Positions 47,579 to 57,226 of a stretch of 64,000 bases of DNA are shown here, in pieces. Each line of letters opens with the position of its first letter. Position 1 is the stretch's first letter. The notes under the pieces were generated by a model. That model did not search any database. It was given only the letters and a program-made list of their open reading frames with translations, and was not told the origin of the DNA. This DNA comes from Candidatus Shapirobacteria bacterium (GTDB lineage Bacteria > Patescibacteriota > Microgenomatia > UBA12405): NCBI GenBank assembly GCA_016188545.1, contig JACPHO010000001.1, forward strand, positions 483,324 through 547,323. Direction: 5' to 3'. A program made the position numbers and the translations under genes.

Positions 47579-48910
47579 ATGAGCACAAACCAAAACGATC
47601 TGACCGCCAACATTGTTTCACTTTGTAAACGCCGAGGGATTATCTTTCAAAACTCTGAAATCTATGGAGGAGTCCAGGGTTTCTATGACTATGGTCCCAT
47701 AGGTTCTATCATGAAAAAGAATTGGAAAGACCTTTGGATCCGTTCAAATGTCACCACTCGCCCGGATGTTGTTATGATTGACGGGACTATCATTACCCAC
47801 CCTCGTGTTTGGGAAGCTTCCGGTCATGTCAAAAATTTCGGTGACGAGTTAGTGGAGTGTAAATCATGCCACAAACGATTTCGACCAGACCTAATCGATA
47901 ATGCACCAAAGTGTCCCGAGTGTGGTGGAGAATTTACTACACCTAGAAAATACAATATTCTTTTCCACACTGAAATAGGGGTTATAGAAGGTGAAAAGAT
48001 GGCAGCCTATCTCCGTGGAGAGGCTTGTCAAACTATCTATCTCGATTTTAAAAACGTTGTTAACTCTTGTCGCGTCAAAATTCCTTTTGGCATAGCCCAG
48101 ATCGGAAAAGCCTTCCGCAATGAGATAACTCCCAAAAACTTTCTCTATCGCACCCGCGAATTCGAACAATGGGACATCCAATATTTCACCCACCCTTCTG
48201 AAATGGATAAATGGTACGAGTATTGGAAACAAGACAGAATGGATTGGTATCTCAAACTGTTTAATAAAAAAGATAGTTTGCGTTTCCGTGCTCATGGGGA
48301 TGATGAACTAATCTTTTATGCCAAAAAAGCATTTGACATTGAGTACAACGCTCCATGGGGATGGGCCGAAATGGAGGGAATTCACTGGCGTTCAGATTAT
48401 GATTTGACTCAACACAGCAAATTTAGTGGTCAGGACCTCACCTATCTCGATCCAGTCACTCACGAAAAGTATTTGCCACACATTGTTGAAACATCTGGAG
48501 GAGTCGACCGCTCATTATTCTTCCTACTCCTCGATGCCTATCAGGAAGAAAAACTCGAGAGTGGTGACATCCGTACAGTATTAAAAATCAATCCGCTAGT
48601 TTCCGCCTATAAAGTGGCAATTTTCCCACTAGCATCCAACAAACCAGAACTAGTCAGCAAAGCCCAAGATCTGTGGAAAACACTTTCTAAAAAATACTCT
48701 GTCGATTTCGATGATAGCAGTAATATTGGTAAAAAATATCGCCGACAAGACGAGATTGGAACACCATGGTGTGCAGTGGTCGACTTCCAAACCTTGGAAG
48801 ATAATACCGTCTCTATCCGCAATCGGGATACCATGATCCAATCCAGAATAAAGTTAGACGAAGTTGACAAGTGGTTATCAACCCAACTAAACTCCATATA
48901 TGAGAAATAA
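47579..48910 (+). CDS. glyQS: Glycine--tRNA ligase, homodimeric class II type
   Basis: VSLCKRRGIIFQNSEIYGGVQGFYDYGPIGSIMKKNW and the zinc-knuckle CKSCHKRFRPD...CPECGG are characteristic of GlyQS. Confidence 0.9.
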   Translation: MSTNQNDLTANIVSLCKRRGIIFQNSEIYGGVQGFYDYGPIGSIMKKNWKDLWIRSNVTTRPDVVMIDGTIITHPRVWEASGHVKNFGDELVECKSCHKRFRPDLIDNAPKCPECGGEFTTPRKYNILFHTEIGVIEGEKMAAYLRGEACQTIYLDFKNVVNSCRVKIPFGIAQIGKAFRNEITPKNFLYRTREFEQWDIQYFTHPSEMDKWYEYWKQDRMDWYLKLFNKKDSLRFRAHGDDELIFYAKKAFDIEYNAPWGWAEMEGIHWRSDYDLTQHSKFSGQDLTYLDPVTHEKYLPHIVETSGGVDRSLFFLLLDAYQEEKLESGDIRTVLKINPLVSAYKVAIFPLASNKPELVSKAQDLWKTLSKKYSVDFDDSSNIGKKYRRQDEIGTPWCAVVDFQTLEDNTVSIRNRDTMIQSRIKLDEVDKWLSTQLNSIYEK

Positions 48911-49538
48911 AATTACCTACTATTCCCTTATCTTAGCGTCAGCACTTCTGCTGTCTGCTTGTACTCCAAAAAATAAAGCCCCGGTCGTCGTTCCGACTCC
49001 AACACCTAAGCTAATTGAAATACCTGTAAGTGAAAGACCAATAATCAATCTCACACCAAGGGAAGATGGCCATATGCTTTTCTTAAAGATCTCTGAAATT
49101 CCCAAAAGTGTAGCTTCCATCGAGTACGAGCTGATCTATTCAGCAAAGGACGAATCAGTCGAAATCGAAAAAGGGCTCGGTGACACGATTAAAGATGTTA
49201 GTGGAAGTATTGAGCGTAAATTATTACTAGGTACAGAAAGTTGTACCAATGGTTGTAAGTACAAATATGATGAGGGTGTTGGTGGTGGCACAATTTCGCT
49301 AAAATTTTTTAACAGTAATGGACAGATGTCCACCTACGAATCTTCATTCAACCTAAAATCTACTGCTCAACTGAAGAAAGATCAGGTATTCAAACTAACT
49401 ACTGATAGTTTTGAAGTTCCACTTCCAGCCAAACTTACCGGTAGCAACTACTTCACACTTATCAAACAGTTCCGCGGGGGTTACTCTGTTTTTAGTAGTG
49501 GTACCAGTCCACTCGCAGGTGACTACCCCAAGCCCTAA
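48900..49538 (+). CDS. Lipoprotein of unknown function
   Basis: Signal peptide with lipobox MRNKITYYSLILASALLLSAC-TPK. Confidence 0.5.
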   Translation: MRNKITYYSLILASALLLSACTPKNKAPVVVPTPTPKLIEIPVSERPIINLTPREDGHMLFLKISEIPKSVASIEYELIYSAKDESVEIEKGLGDTIKDVSGSIERKLLLGTESCTNGCKYKYDEGVGGGTISLKFFNSNGQMSTYESSFNLKSTAQLKKDQVFKLTTDSFEVPLPAKLTGSNYFTLIKQFRGGYSVFSSGTSPLAGDYPKP

Positions 49539-50425
49539 TGGAATATCACGTCCCAGTGTTGCTCAACGAAGTTTTAGACCTGCTTTCTGTAAAGCTGGGT
49601 AACATTTATATTGACGGTACTCTAGGTAACGGCGGTCATACTCTAGAAATTCTCAAGAAAGGCGGTGAAGTATATGGAATTGACAGTGACCAAAATAATC
49701 TTGACTTAGCCACGTCAAGGATAGTCGACTCAGGCTATGCGGTTCATTTCCACCCTATCAAGGGTAACTTTACTGACCTTAAACAGATAATTAGTAAAAA
49801 TATCAGTTCCCCAATACACGGAATACTTCTAGATCTGGGATTAAGTTCAAATCAGCAAAAGGCATCTGGTCGCGGTTTCTCTTTTAATGACGAGCAGTCG
49901 CTTGATATGAGACTTGACCCAGCCACACAAGAACTAACAGCAGAGAAAATAATCAATACCTATTCTTTTGAGCAACTTTTCAACATATTTTCTAAGATTG
50001 CTCAAGAGAAATTAAGTAAACCTCTCGCTCAAAAAATCATCACCAAAAGAAAGTCATCTCCCATCAAAGATGGCGCTACCTTAGCCAAAATTATCCGCGA
50101 TGCTTATCTTGCAAAAGGTATCCGAACCAAGATCGATCCTAGTACCAAAATATTTATGGCTCTCAGAATAGTCGTCAATCAAGAATTTGAAAACCTCAAA
50201 CAATTTTTGGATTCAACACTCCACACTCCTTCCTTAAATAATGCCACTGTTTGCATAATCTCTTTTCATTCTGGAGAAGACCGAATTGTTAAGCAGTTCA
50301 TCCGAGAACACCATCCGAGTCTCATTACTTCCCATTCGTCAAAAGCCATTACTGCTACCCACAAAGAAACGGCGGTAAACCCACTCAGTAGGTCAGCCGT
50401 CCTCAGATCATATAGAATAAATTAA
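49538..50425 (+). CDS. rsmH: 16S rRNA (cytosine1402-N4)-methyltransferase RsmH (MraW)
   Basis: MEYHVPVLLNEVLDLL...YIDGTLGNGGHT. First gene of the dcw cluster. Confidence 0.9.
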   Translation: MEYHVPVLLNEVLDLLSVKLGNIYIDGTLGNGGHTLEILKKGGEVYGIDSDQNNLDLATSRIVDSGYAVHFHPIKGNFTDLKQIISKNISSPIHGILLDLGLSSNQQKASGRGFSFNDEQSLDMRLDPATQELTAEKIINTYSFEQLFNIFSKIAQEKLSKPLAQKIITKRKSSPIKDGATLAKIIRDAYLAKGIRTKIDPSTKIFMALRIVVNQEFENLKQFLDSTLHTPSLNNATVCIISFHSGEDRIVKQFIREHHPSLITSHSSKAITATHKETAVNPLSRSAVLRSYRIN

Positions 50426-50682
50426 TGTATAACATTGTTCTTTTAGTTTTTACGATAATCTGTTTTCTCCTCCAAGTCGGCTTTTCTATTTTTTACTCGA
50501 TTAATATCGTTGATATTAGCAATGAGGCCAACCAAGTCCAAAAAAAACTTGAAACTAGCCAAATTGAATTGCAGTTATTAAAAGCCAAATACTTGGAACA
50601 AAGTTCCCTCATGGTTATTCAAAAAGACCCCTCTACTAAGAGTCTTCTACCAATTACCAAAACCGTTACTATTAATCCATGA
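50425..50682 (+). CDS. ftsL: Cell division protein FtsL-like (small bitopic membrane protein)
   Basis: 85 aa with TM helix plus coiled coil. Positioned between rsmH and ftsI. Confidence 0.5.
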   Translation: MYNIVLLVFTIICFLLQVGFSIFYSINIVDISNEANQVQKKLETSQIELQLLKAKYLEQSSLMVIQKDPSTKSLLPITKTVTINP

Positions 50683-52295
50683 TTCCTGATCGCCAAAAAA
50701 CAGTAGTCCTGACTTTAGCCCTCTGCTATCTGGCGGTTGTAGTGAAACTTTTTTACATCCAGATCATAAAATATCCAGAATTATCACGACAGTTATTATC
50801 ACAAAATTTTAAAACGACCACTATCAAGCCAGAAATGGGCAGTATTCTGGACAGTCAAGGTAAGCCGCTCGTTTCTTATCAAACATTTTTCCAAGCCAGT
50901 ATTTACAAACCAGATCTCAAAACAAAAACTGACGCCCTTACTCCACTGCTGGTATCTAAAAACCCACAACTGCCCCAGTCCGACATAGACAAGCTAACTA
51001 AGTTTGTCCAAAACGACAAACAAAAATGGCTGAGTCTCTCTGGATTGTTTGACCTGCGTCAATCCAAAGAGGTTGATGATCCCGGTATAGTCTTTACAAA
51101 AGTAAGTCAACCAATATTTACAGAAAAAAATCTTGGCGACATTTTTTTGGGATCTAGTGGACTCGCCGGCTACTACAAAAGACAACTCTCCGGGAAGGTA
51201 GGATTTTCATGGGAAACCAAAGACGCTGTCGGTAACACTATTCTTACTCATCCAGGCTGGATAATTGACCCCGTTAAAGGTAGCGACATCCCCACTTATG
51301 TCAATCGACAAATTCAATACCTGACAGAAACTACTCTGGCGGAAGGGATCAAACAGTTTTCCGCCGATTCCGGAGAAATACTTATAATAGATCCCAGTAC
51401 TGGCGGTATTATCGCCATGAGTGCTCAAACAGCATCTAGTAGTACAGAAGCGACCTCGAGTGCAGAGGCCACCGCCAGTGCCACCATTTTACATTCAAAC
51501 CCCATCATTGCCAATTTATTTGAACCAGGATCAATTGTCAAACCTTTAATCATGACTCTGGCACTTGATTCGGACTCTATAAAACCTGATTTTATCTGTA
51601 CTAAGTGCGATCGTCCCCACCAAATCGGCCAATATGCCGTTAGTAACTGGGACAGTAATTTTCATGCCAACTCGGATTTAAAGGATATTATCAAGAACTC
51701 TGACAACATCGGAATGAGTTATATCATCAAAGATGTGGGGCTCGAAAAATTTCAAAAATATTTCAAACTGTTAGGACTCGATCGAAAAACCGGTATCGAT
51801 CTACCAGGAGAAGCTAGGCCACTCCTGAAAAGCTATTGGCCTGAAATAGACTTAGCTACGGCTTCTTTTGGACAAGGTTTTGCGGTCACTCAAGTCCAAA
51901 TGCTGACTGCCTTTAACACCATCGCCAATAACGGGGTTCGAGTCGGTCCCCACTTTAGACAGGACCAAAAAACTATTTCCACCAAGGTGTACGAAGCCAA
52001 GTCTGTCGAGCTCATAAAAGACATTCTCCGTTATGGAGTTGAGAACGGGGCAGTCGCAAAGTTTAAACCAGATTCTCTTGAAGTTTGTGGAAAAAGTGGA
52101 ACTTCACAAGTTGCAGTAAAGGGAGGATATTCTGACACATCAACCATCGCTTCCTACATTGGATTTAGCCCCTGTAAAAATCCCGAATTTACAATGATCG
52201 TCACAATCCACAACCCAAGAACATCACCTTGGGGCTCCAGCACTGCAGCTCCAATCTGGTATAAAATAGCGGGAAAACTACCGTCTCTGTTATAA
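50679..52295 (+). CDS. ftsI: Penicillin-binding protein / peptidoglycan D,D-transpeptidase FtsI
   Basis: SxxK (GSIVKPL), SxN (KNSDNIG) and KTG (CGKSGTS) motifs. N-terminal TM. Confidence 0.85.
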   Translation: MIPDRQKTVVLTLALCYLAVVVKLFYIQIIKYPELSRQLLSQNFKTTTIKPEMGSILDSQGKPLVSYQTFFQASIYKPDLKTKTDALTPLLVSKNPQLPQSDIDKLTKFVQNDKQKWLSLSGLFDLRQSKEVDDPGIVFTKVSQPIFTEKNLGDIFLGSSGLAGYYKRQLSGKVGFSWETKDAVGNTILTHPGWIIDPVKGSDIPTYVNRQIQYLTETTLAEGIKQFSADSGEILIIDPSTGGIIAMSAQTASSSTEATSSAEATASATILHSNPIIANLFEPGSIVKPLIMTLALDSDSIKPDFICTKCDRPHQIGQYAVSNWDSNFHANSDLKDIIKNSDNIGMSYIIKDVGLEKFQKYFKLLGLDRKTGIDLPGEARPLLKSYWPEIDLATASFGQGFAVTQVQMLTAFNTIANNGVRVGPHFRQDQKTISTKVYEAKSVELIKDILRYGVENGAVAKFKPDSLEVCGKSGTSQVAVKGGYSDTSTIASYIGFSPCKNPEFTMIVTIHNPRTSPWGSSTAAPIWYKIAGKLPSLL

Positions 52296-52309
52296 TTCCT
52301 ATGCACTAA

Positions 52310-53587
52310 ATGACCCCTCAAACTGTAAAGATCTATATTCAAAAACTCAAAAATATTTTTTGGCATTTACCTAAAAGTATTTTTTTTAATTTTTACTATG
52401 GTTTTCCTTCCCGGAAACTCACTTTAGTTGCTGTAACCGGAACCGACGGAAAGACCACTACAGTCAACCTCCTTCATGAACTTCTACTCCAGTCCGGTGT
52501 AAAGGTGGGTTCTATATCTACCCTAGGCGCCAAGATTGGCGAAAAAAATACTAGCGTCGGTCTTCACACCACCTCTCCCGATTCCAAAGTTGTCCAAGAG
52601 ATGTTTAAGAAAATGGTGGAGCAGGGCATTACTCATGCAGTTATTGAAGTCACTGCGCACGCCATCGACCAATATCGTTTTTGGGGGTGTCACTTTGAAG
52701 TTGCTCTTATAACCAATACTTCACACGAACACTTAGACGACTTTTTTGATATGGCTCATTACATTAGTACTAAAGCTAAACTGTTTACCCAAGCTACTCA
52801 CAACATCCTCAACAAGGACGACCCATCATACAAAGTAGTTACCGACCTAAATCCTAAAAATCTAACAACTTATAGTACAAAGGAAAAAGCAGACTATAGA
52901 GCTGCAGAAATAAAGCTAACTCCCACCAAATTAAGTTTTTATATCAACAAAACCCTAATCAATACTGATAGTAACTATCTTTACCAGGTATCAAATATCC
53001 TGGCCGCCTTCGCAGCCGCAAATATTTTAAATATATCCGTAGAAATATTTAAAAAAGTAGTCCGTCAATTTCCGTCAATGCAAGGCCGTCGTGAAGAAGT
53101 TAAAAACGATCTTGGTATCCGTTGTATAGTTGACTTTGCCCACACCCCTGCAGCCATCTCATCTACTCTTGAAACTATCCGAGCCACTTCTAAGGGTAAA
53201 AATATAATTATATTCGGAGCTACTGGTGGACGAGACCAAAGTAAGCGGCCGATTATGGGAAAAATTGTCTCCGAACTTGCCGATATTGCCATTATAACCG
53301 CCGACGACACTCGTCATGAAAAGATAGAAGTAATCAACAAGCAAATTATTAGCGGTATCGATCAATCTCGTGTAAAAAGTAAGAAATTCAGTTACCACAA
53401 CATTCCTGGACGTCAGGACGCATTTAACTACGCCCTAAAGATAGCTCAACCAGGTGATACTGTCATTGCCTGTGGCAAGGGACATGAAAACACCATTCTT
53501 CACGGCAATACTGAGTACCCCTGGTCCGAGTCCGAAGCTTTTAGAACTGCCCTACGTCATCGCAATCAAAATAATGGCAACATATAA
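52310..53587 (+). CDS. murE: UDP-N-acetylmuramoyl-L-alanyl-D-glutamate--diamino acid ligase MurE with atypical specificity motif
   Basis: LVAVTGTDGKTTT P-loop. Position after ftsI. The DNPR/DDPx specificity motif region reads ITADDTRHE. Confidence 0.7.
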   Translation: MTPQTVKIYIQKLKNIFWHLPKSIFFNFYYGFPSRKLTLVAVTGTDGKTTTVNLLHELLLQSGVKVGSISTLGAKIGEKNTSVGLHTTSPDSKVVQEMFKKMVEQGITHAVIEVTAHAIDQYRFWGCHFEVALITNTSHEHLDDFFDMAHYISTKAKLFTQATHNILNKDDPSYKVVTDLNPKNLTTYSTKEKADYRAAEIKLTPTKLSFYINKTLINTDSNYLYQVSNILAAFAAANILNISVEIFKKVVRQFPSMQGRREEVKNDLGIRCIVDFAHTPAAISSTLETIRATSKGKNIIIFGATGGRDQSKRPIMGKIVSELADIAIITADDTRHEKIEVINKQIISGIDQSRVKSKKFSYHNIPGRQDAFNYALKIAQPGDTVIACGKGHENTILHGNTEYPWSESEAFRTALRHRNQNNGNI

Positions 53588-54167
53588 CCTCGACCAACTT
53601 CCAACCATCGACCAATCTTATGAGCAAGGGATGCTTCCCCAAAGAAATGATAAAACAAAATTCTATAAAGACACCAGTGGGCGCTGCAATCTAGCCAACT
53701 ATTCACTAAGTTCAGAAAACCGGCGTATTCTTCGCAAAACCGATCAATATACCTGCCGCTCTCTTCCGCTTTGCGAGTTTGAATATACCCCTTTAATACA
53801 AAAACAAATTTATAATTGGATAAAATTACTCGGCTGGGATTTTCCCATAAGCTCAGTCAAGACTATTTTTAACTCTCATATCTTTAATCATCTGGACATT
53901 TGGCAAGATGGCGAAAAAGTTATCGCCTACTCTATTTGCTACACTTCACCTCACATCTCTCACATTGCCTATGTCTTCTACGACCCACAATACTCCCACG
54001 GGGACTTACCAATCAGACTAGTCCTCCAATTCGTCATCAATAGTTACGAACAACATCGTAAGTACTGCTATTTAGGAAGATTTTCAGGCGAGGTCGGTTA
54101 CTATAAAAGGAACATGCCCGGATTCGAACACTTTCAAGACGGTGTTTGGGTAAAGTTTAAAAAATAA
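53574..54167 (+). CDS. Arginyl/leucyl-tRNA--protein transferase-like (ATE/Bpt C-terminal domain) protein
   Basis: HISHIAYVFYDPQYSHGDLPIRLVLQFVINSYEQHRKYCYLGRF matches the ATE_C consensus (...YxFYDP...LG...L..I.....YLYLGY). Start set at MATYNL, overlapping the murE end. Confidence 0.45.
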   Translation: MATYNLDQLPTIDQSYEQGMLPQRNDKTKFYKDTSGRCNLANYSLSSENRRILRKTDQYTCRSLPLCEFEYTPLIQKQIYNWIKLLGWDFPISSVKTIFNSHIFNHLDIWQDGEKVIAYSICYTSPHISHIAYVFYDPQYSHGDLPIRLVLQFVINSYEQHRKYCYLGRFSGEVGYYKRNMPGFEHFQDGVWVKFKK

Positions 54168-54168
54168 T

Positions 54169-55476
54169 ATGAGAATTCACATACTGGCTATTGTCGGAAA
54201 AATGACAACACCGTTGGCTGTCGAACTTCAGAGATTGGGTCACACTGTCACCGGTTCTGATCAAGATAAAATATATCCACCAGCTAGTACCACTCTAGAA
54301 AAAAACTCCATATCAGTAAACACCAGGACTATCGATAAAAATATAGATCTTGTTATAGTCGGTTCTTCTTATACTCACTTTACAAGATGCGTCCAAGAGT
54401 TAGCGCAAGCCAAAAAACTTGGTATTCCTTTTATTCCAGCAACTGAATATTTAGCGAATATGCTAGTCAAACAAAATTCAATTGTCGTGGCCGGGTCTTT
54501 CGGCAAGACGACCATAACAGCACTCCTAGCTTTTCTTTTTGACAAACTAGGACTCGATCCAAGCTATTGTTTTGGCGAAAAAATAATCAACAACCTTCCC
54601 TCAGTTCACTCCTCAAATTCAGACTGGTCAATTATTGAAGGCGACGAGTCTATCAACGGTCTCGACACAAAAGCAAAATTCTTTTCATACGGTCCAAAAT
54701 ATCTCATTCTCACTTCAGTTGGTTGGGAGCACAAAGATTCTTATCCGACCCAGGAAGCCAACCAGCAGGCATTTTCAGACCTACTAAGTTTAGTCCCTCC
54801 TGATGGGATAGTTGTCTACAACCCAGAGGATAGTGGCATAAATCAGATTTTTTCTTCCACAAAAGCTACTACGGTTCCGTACGAAAATTTTAGTTTCGAT
54901 ACTTCACTTATTGGTATGCACAATAATCAAAACATTCGTGCCGCCCTTACCCTTATTAAGGCATTAAAACTTGACCTCCAAAGGGCAATCGAATTAATAC
55001 CCACCTTTTTGGGAGTAGAACGACGACTCCAAATTATTTCCAAAACTTCAAACATAACAATAATAGATGACTACGCTCAGTCTGCCATCAGAGTTAACAC
55101 AGCCATAAATTCCATTCGCGAAACTTTTCCATCAGCTGCTATAAAAGTTTTTTTTGAACCTCACGCCTCATTTCTCCAAAGTGTTTCCGGTTTGAATGGT
55201 TTCAAAGATGCTTTTTCTACATGTTCAGAAGTTATACTTTCCCAAATTAATTATCGCAAATCCATAAAAGGTGACCGAGTTACTGCACGTAGTTTTACTG
55301 ATGAGATAGGGGATTCACTCAAATACATTCCCATCTACGAGGACATATTCCAGCATTTTAAGAATTCACTAAAACCAGGTGATATTTTAATTCATTTTAG
55401 TTCAGGAGGTCTTGATGGACTCAATACGCTAAAGCGTCTAGTCTCCCACTTCAACCCTGAAATACCATATACTTAA
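54169..55476 (+). CDS. Mur ligase, Mpl/MurC-like (UDP-N-acetylmuramate--L-Ala or --tripeptide ligase)
   Basis: MRIHILAIVGKMTTPLAVELQRLGHTVTGSDQDKIYPPASTTLEK is close to the E. coli Mpl N-terminus (MRIHILGICGTFMGG...GHEVTGSD...YPPMSTLLEK). P-loop VVAGSFGKTTIT. Confidence 0.7.
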   Translation: MRIHILAIVGKMTTPLAVELQRLGHTVTGSDQDKIYPPASTTLEKNSISVNTRTIDKNIDLVIVGSSYTHFTRCVQELAQAKKLGIPFIPATEYLANMLVKQNSIVVAGSFGKTTITALLAFLFDKLGLDPSYCFGEKIINNLPSVHSSNSDWSIIEGDESINGLDTKAKFFSYGPKYLILTSVGWEHKDSYPTQEANQQAFSDLLSLVPPDGIVVYNPEDSGINQIFSSTKATTVPYENFSFDTSLIGMHNNQNIRAALTLIKALKLDLQRAIELIPTFLGVERRLQIISKTSNITIIDDYAQSAIRVNTAINSIRETFPSAAIKVFFEPHASFLQSVSGLNGFKDAFSTCSEVILSQINYRKSIKGDRVTARSFTDEIGDSLKYIPIYEDIFQHFKNSLKPGDILIHFSSGGLDGLNTLKRLVSHFNPEIPYT

Positions 55477-55484
55477 GTGTCTTT

Positions 55485-56519
55485 ATGATTCATCTTTACC
55501 TAGGACTTCTCTTATTCTCTTTCCTCACCAACAGCATTTTGGTGATTCCTTTCATCAACCTTCTATATAAACTAAAATTTCAACGACAAGAACAAACCAC
55601 TCTTGATTTTCAAAACAAGCACACCACAGTCTTTGACAAATACCACAGCCAGAAGTCAGGCACTCCCGTTGGAGGAGGACTGTTAATTATTTTTACAGTA
55701 TCTGTCCTATTCGCGTTCCTATTCCCAATTCTCAAGTTTTCCAACATTTATATTTCCAGTAACTACAAAATAGACAACGAAATTCTGATCATTTTTTTTA
55801 CTTTTGTCAGTTTCGCTGTTCTAGGTTTATACGATGATGTTCTAAAATTTTTTAACTTCGAAAAAACGGGATTCTTTGGGCTAAAAATGTTACACAAGTT
55901 GATACTCCAAATACTTCTTGCCTTCTCGATTTCTGTCTACCTTTATCTTAACTTGGGCATAAGTTTTGTATATATCCCCTTTGTTGGAGCAGTTGCTCTG
56001 GGTTGGTTTTCTGTACCGCTCTATACAATAATTATTGCCGGATTCGCCAACTTTTTCAATATTAGTGATGGACTCGACGGTCTTTCCTGCGGTCTACTAA
56101 TGATTGCCCTTTTTGCCTTCTGGTTTCTTTCCAATGCCTCCCTTGATACACCCATCTCTTTATTTTTAGCTCTATGGCTTGGCGCGCTTATCGCTTTTTT
56201 ATATTTCAATATTTATCCAGCCCGCATCTGGTTAGGAGATGTTGGCTCACTTTCATTTGGTGCCACATTTGCCCTCATCGCAATTATTCTGGGTAAACTC
56301 GTCCCTCTAATGATTGTCGGCGCCCCTTTTATTATTGAAGGCTTAAGCAGTGCCGTTCAGATAATTAGTAAAAGCTACTTTCATAAAAAGATTTTTCCAG
56401 CAGCGCCCATCCACCTAACACTTCAGAAAAACGGCTGGGAAGAGCCAAAAATTGTTTTTAGAGCTTGGCTTGCCGGTATAATATTAGCTATTTTTGGTCT
56501 ATGGCTGGGGATAAATTAG
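55485..56519 (+). CDS. mraY: Phospho-N-acetylmuramoyl-pentapeptide transferase MraY
   Basis: NFFNISDGLDGLSCG (NxxNxxDGxDGL), DDVLKF, about 10 TM helices. Confidence 0.9.
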   Translation: MIHLYLGLLLFSFLTNSILVIPFINLLYKLKFQRQEQTTLDFQNKHTTVFDKYHSQKSGTPVGGGLLIIFTVSVLFAFLFPILKFSNIYISSNYKIDNEILIIFFTFVSFAVLGLYDDVLKFFNFEKTGFFGLKMLHKLILQILLAFSISVYLYLNLGISFVYIPFVGAVALGWFSVPLYTIIIAGFANFFNISDGLDGLSCGLLMIALFAFWFLSNASLDTPISLFLALWLGALIAFLYFNIYPARIWLGDVGSLSFGATFALIAIILGKLVPLMIVGAPFIIEGLSSAVQIISKSYFHKKIFPAAPIHLTLQKNGWEEPKIVFRAWLAGIILAIFGLWLGIN

Positions 56520-57043
56520 CGCTTCTAAAACTGGAAATCCAAAAATATCTTGGTATTCCTTATTTCACCAATAAGGGTAAATTTAAAACAACTGGTTCTA
56601 ATGTTTTTGTTGGTAAAGGCACAGCCAAAGAAATTGCTCTGGAAACAATCAATTTAGCCAATCAACAAAATATTAAACTATTGGAACTATCCGCCGACCG
56701 CATCTATAATTTTCAGAAAAAAAACCACCTTGGCATCGATTGTTCTGGTTTAGCGTGCCATTTGCTCAATTTTTATTTCGATACCAAATTAGACCCACGC
56801 CGCACATCTGCACAGATGCTGACCTCATCGCCACTTTCACAAGAAATTGAAGACCCCACAACCGGCGACCTAGTCCAACAAAAGAACGGTAAGCATCTAT
56901 TGTTTATCGTCGAAAAAGACGGCAATATAATCAACTATATCGATAGTAGTTTCGAAGGCAGAGGAGTTCGTTACGGGAGTTTCAATATCAACAACCCAGT
57001 TTTCAAACACGACGGTTTTTTCCGTCTACTTCTCCTCAATTAG
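56501..57043 (+). CDS. NlpC/P60 family peptidoglycan endopeptidase
   Basis: LGIPYFTNKGKF and GIDCSGLACHLLNFYF match the catalytic Cys motif GxDCSGL. Downstream His in GKHLLF. Start uncertain: the first in-frame Met after mraY is used. Confidence 0.55.
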   Translation: MAGDKLALLKLEIQKYLGIPYFTNKGKFKTTGSNVFVGKGTAKEIALETINLANQQNIKLLELSADRIYNFQKKNHLGIDCSGLACHLLNFYFDTKLDPRRTSAQMLTSSPLSQEIEDPTTGDLVQQKNGKHLLFIVEKDGNIINYIDSSFEGRGVRYGSFNINNPVFKHDGFFRLLLLN

Positions 57044-57193
57044 TTCGCGATAAGTCAAGGGTTCTAAAGATTGTATTTCTACTTCAGTTCCACACTCACT
57101 ACATTCCAAAATATCACCAACTACCATTCCCTCAATTTGAGGTATTTCACTATTACAATCCGGACAAGTAATTTTTAAGTTCGCATCAGCCAT
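57029..57193 (-). CDS. LysW-like zinc-ribbon amino-group carrier protein (55 aa)
   Basis: Reverse-strand translation: MADANLKITCPDCNSEIPQIEGMVVGDILECSECGTEVEIQSLEPLTYRELIEEK. Matches the LysW core CPxC...GE(L/I)(V/L)xCxxCGxE(L/V)E(V/I)xxL(D/E)PL. Below the 60-aa threshold of the ORF track. Confidence 0.55.
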
Positions 57194-57226
57194 AATTATT
57201 GGTTAAAATATAACTAAACCTATTAT

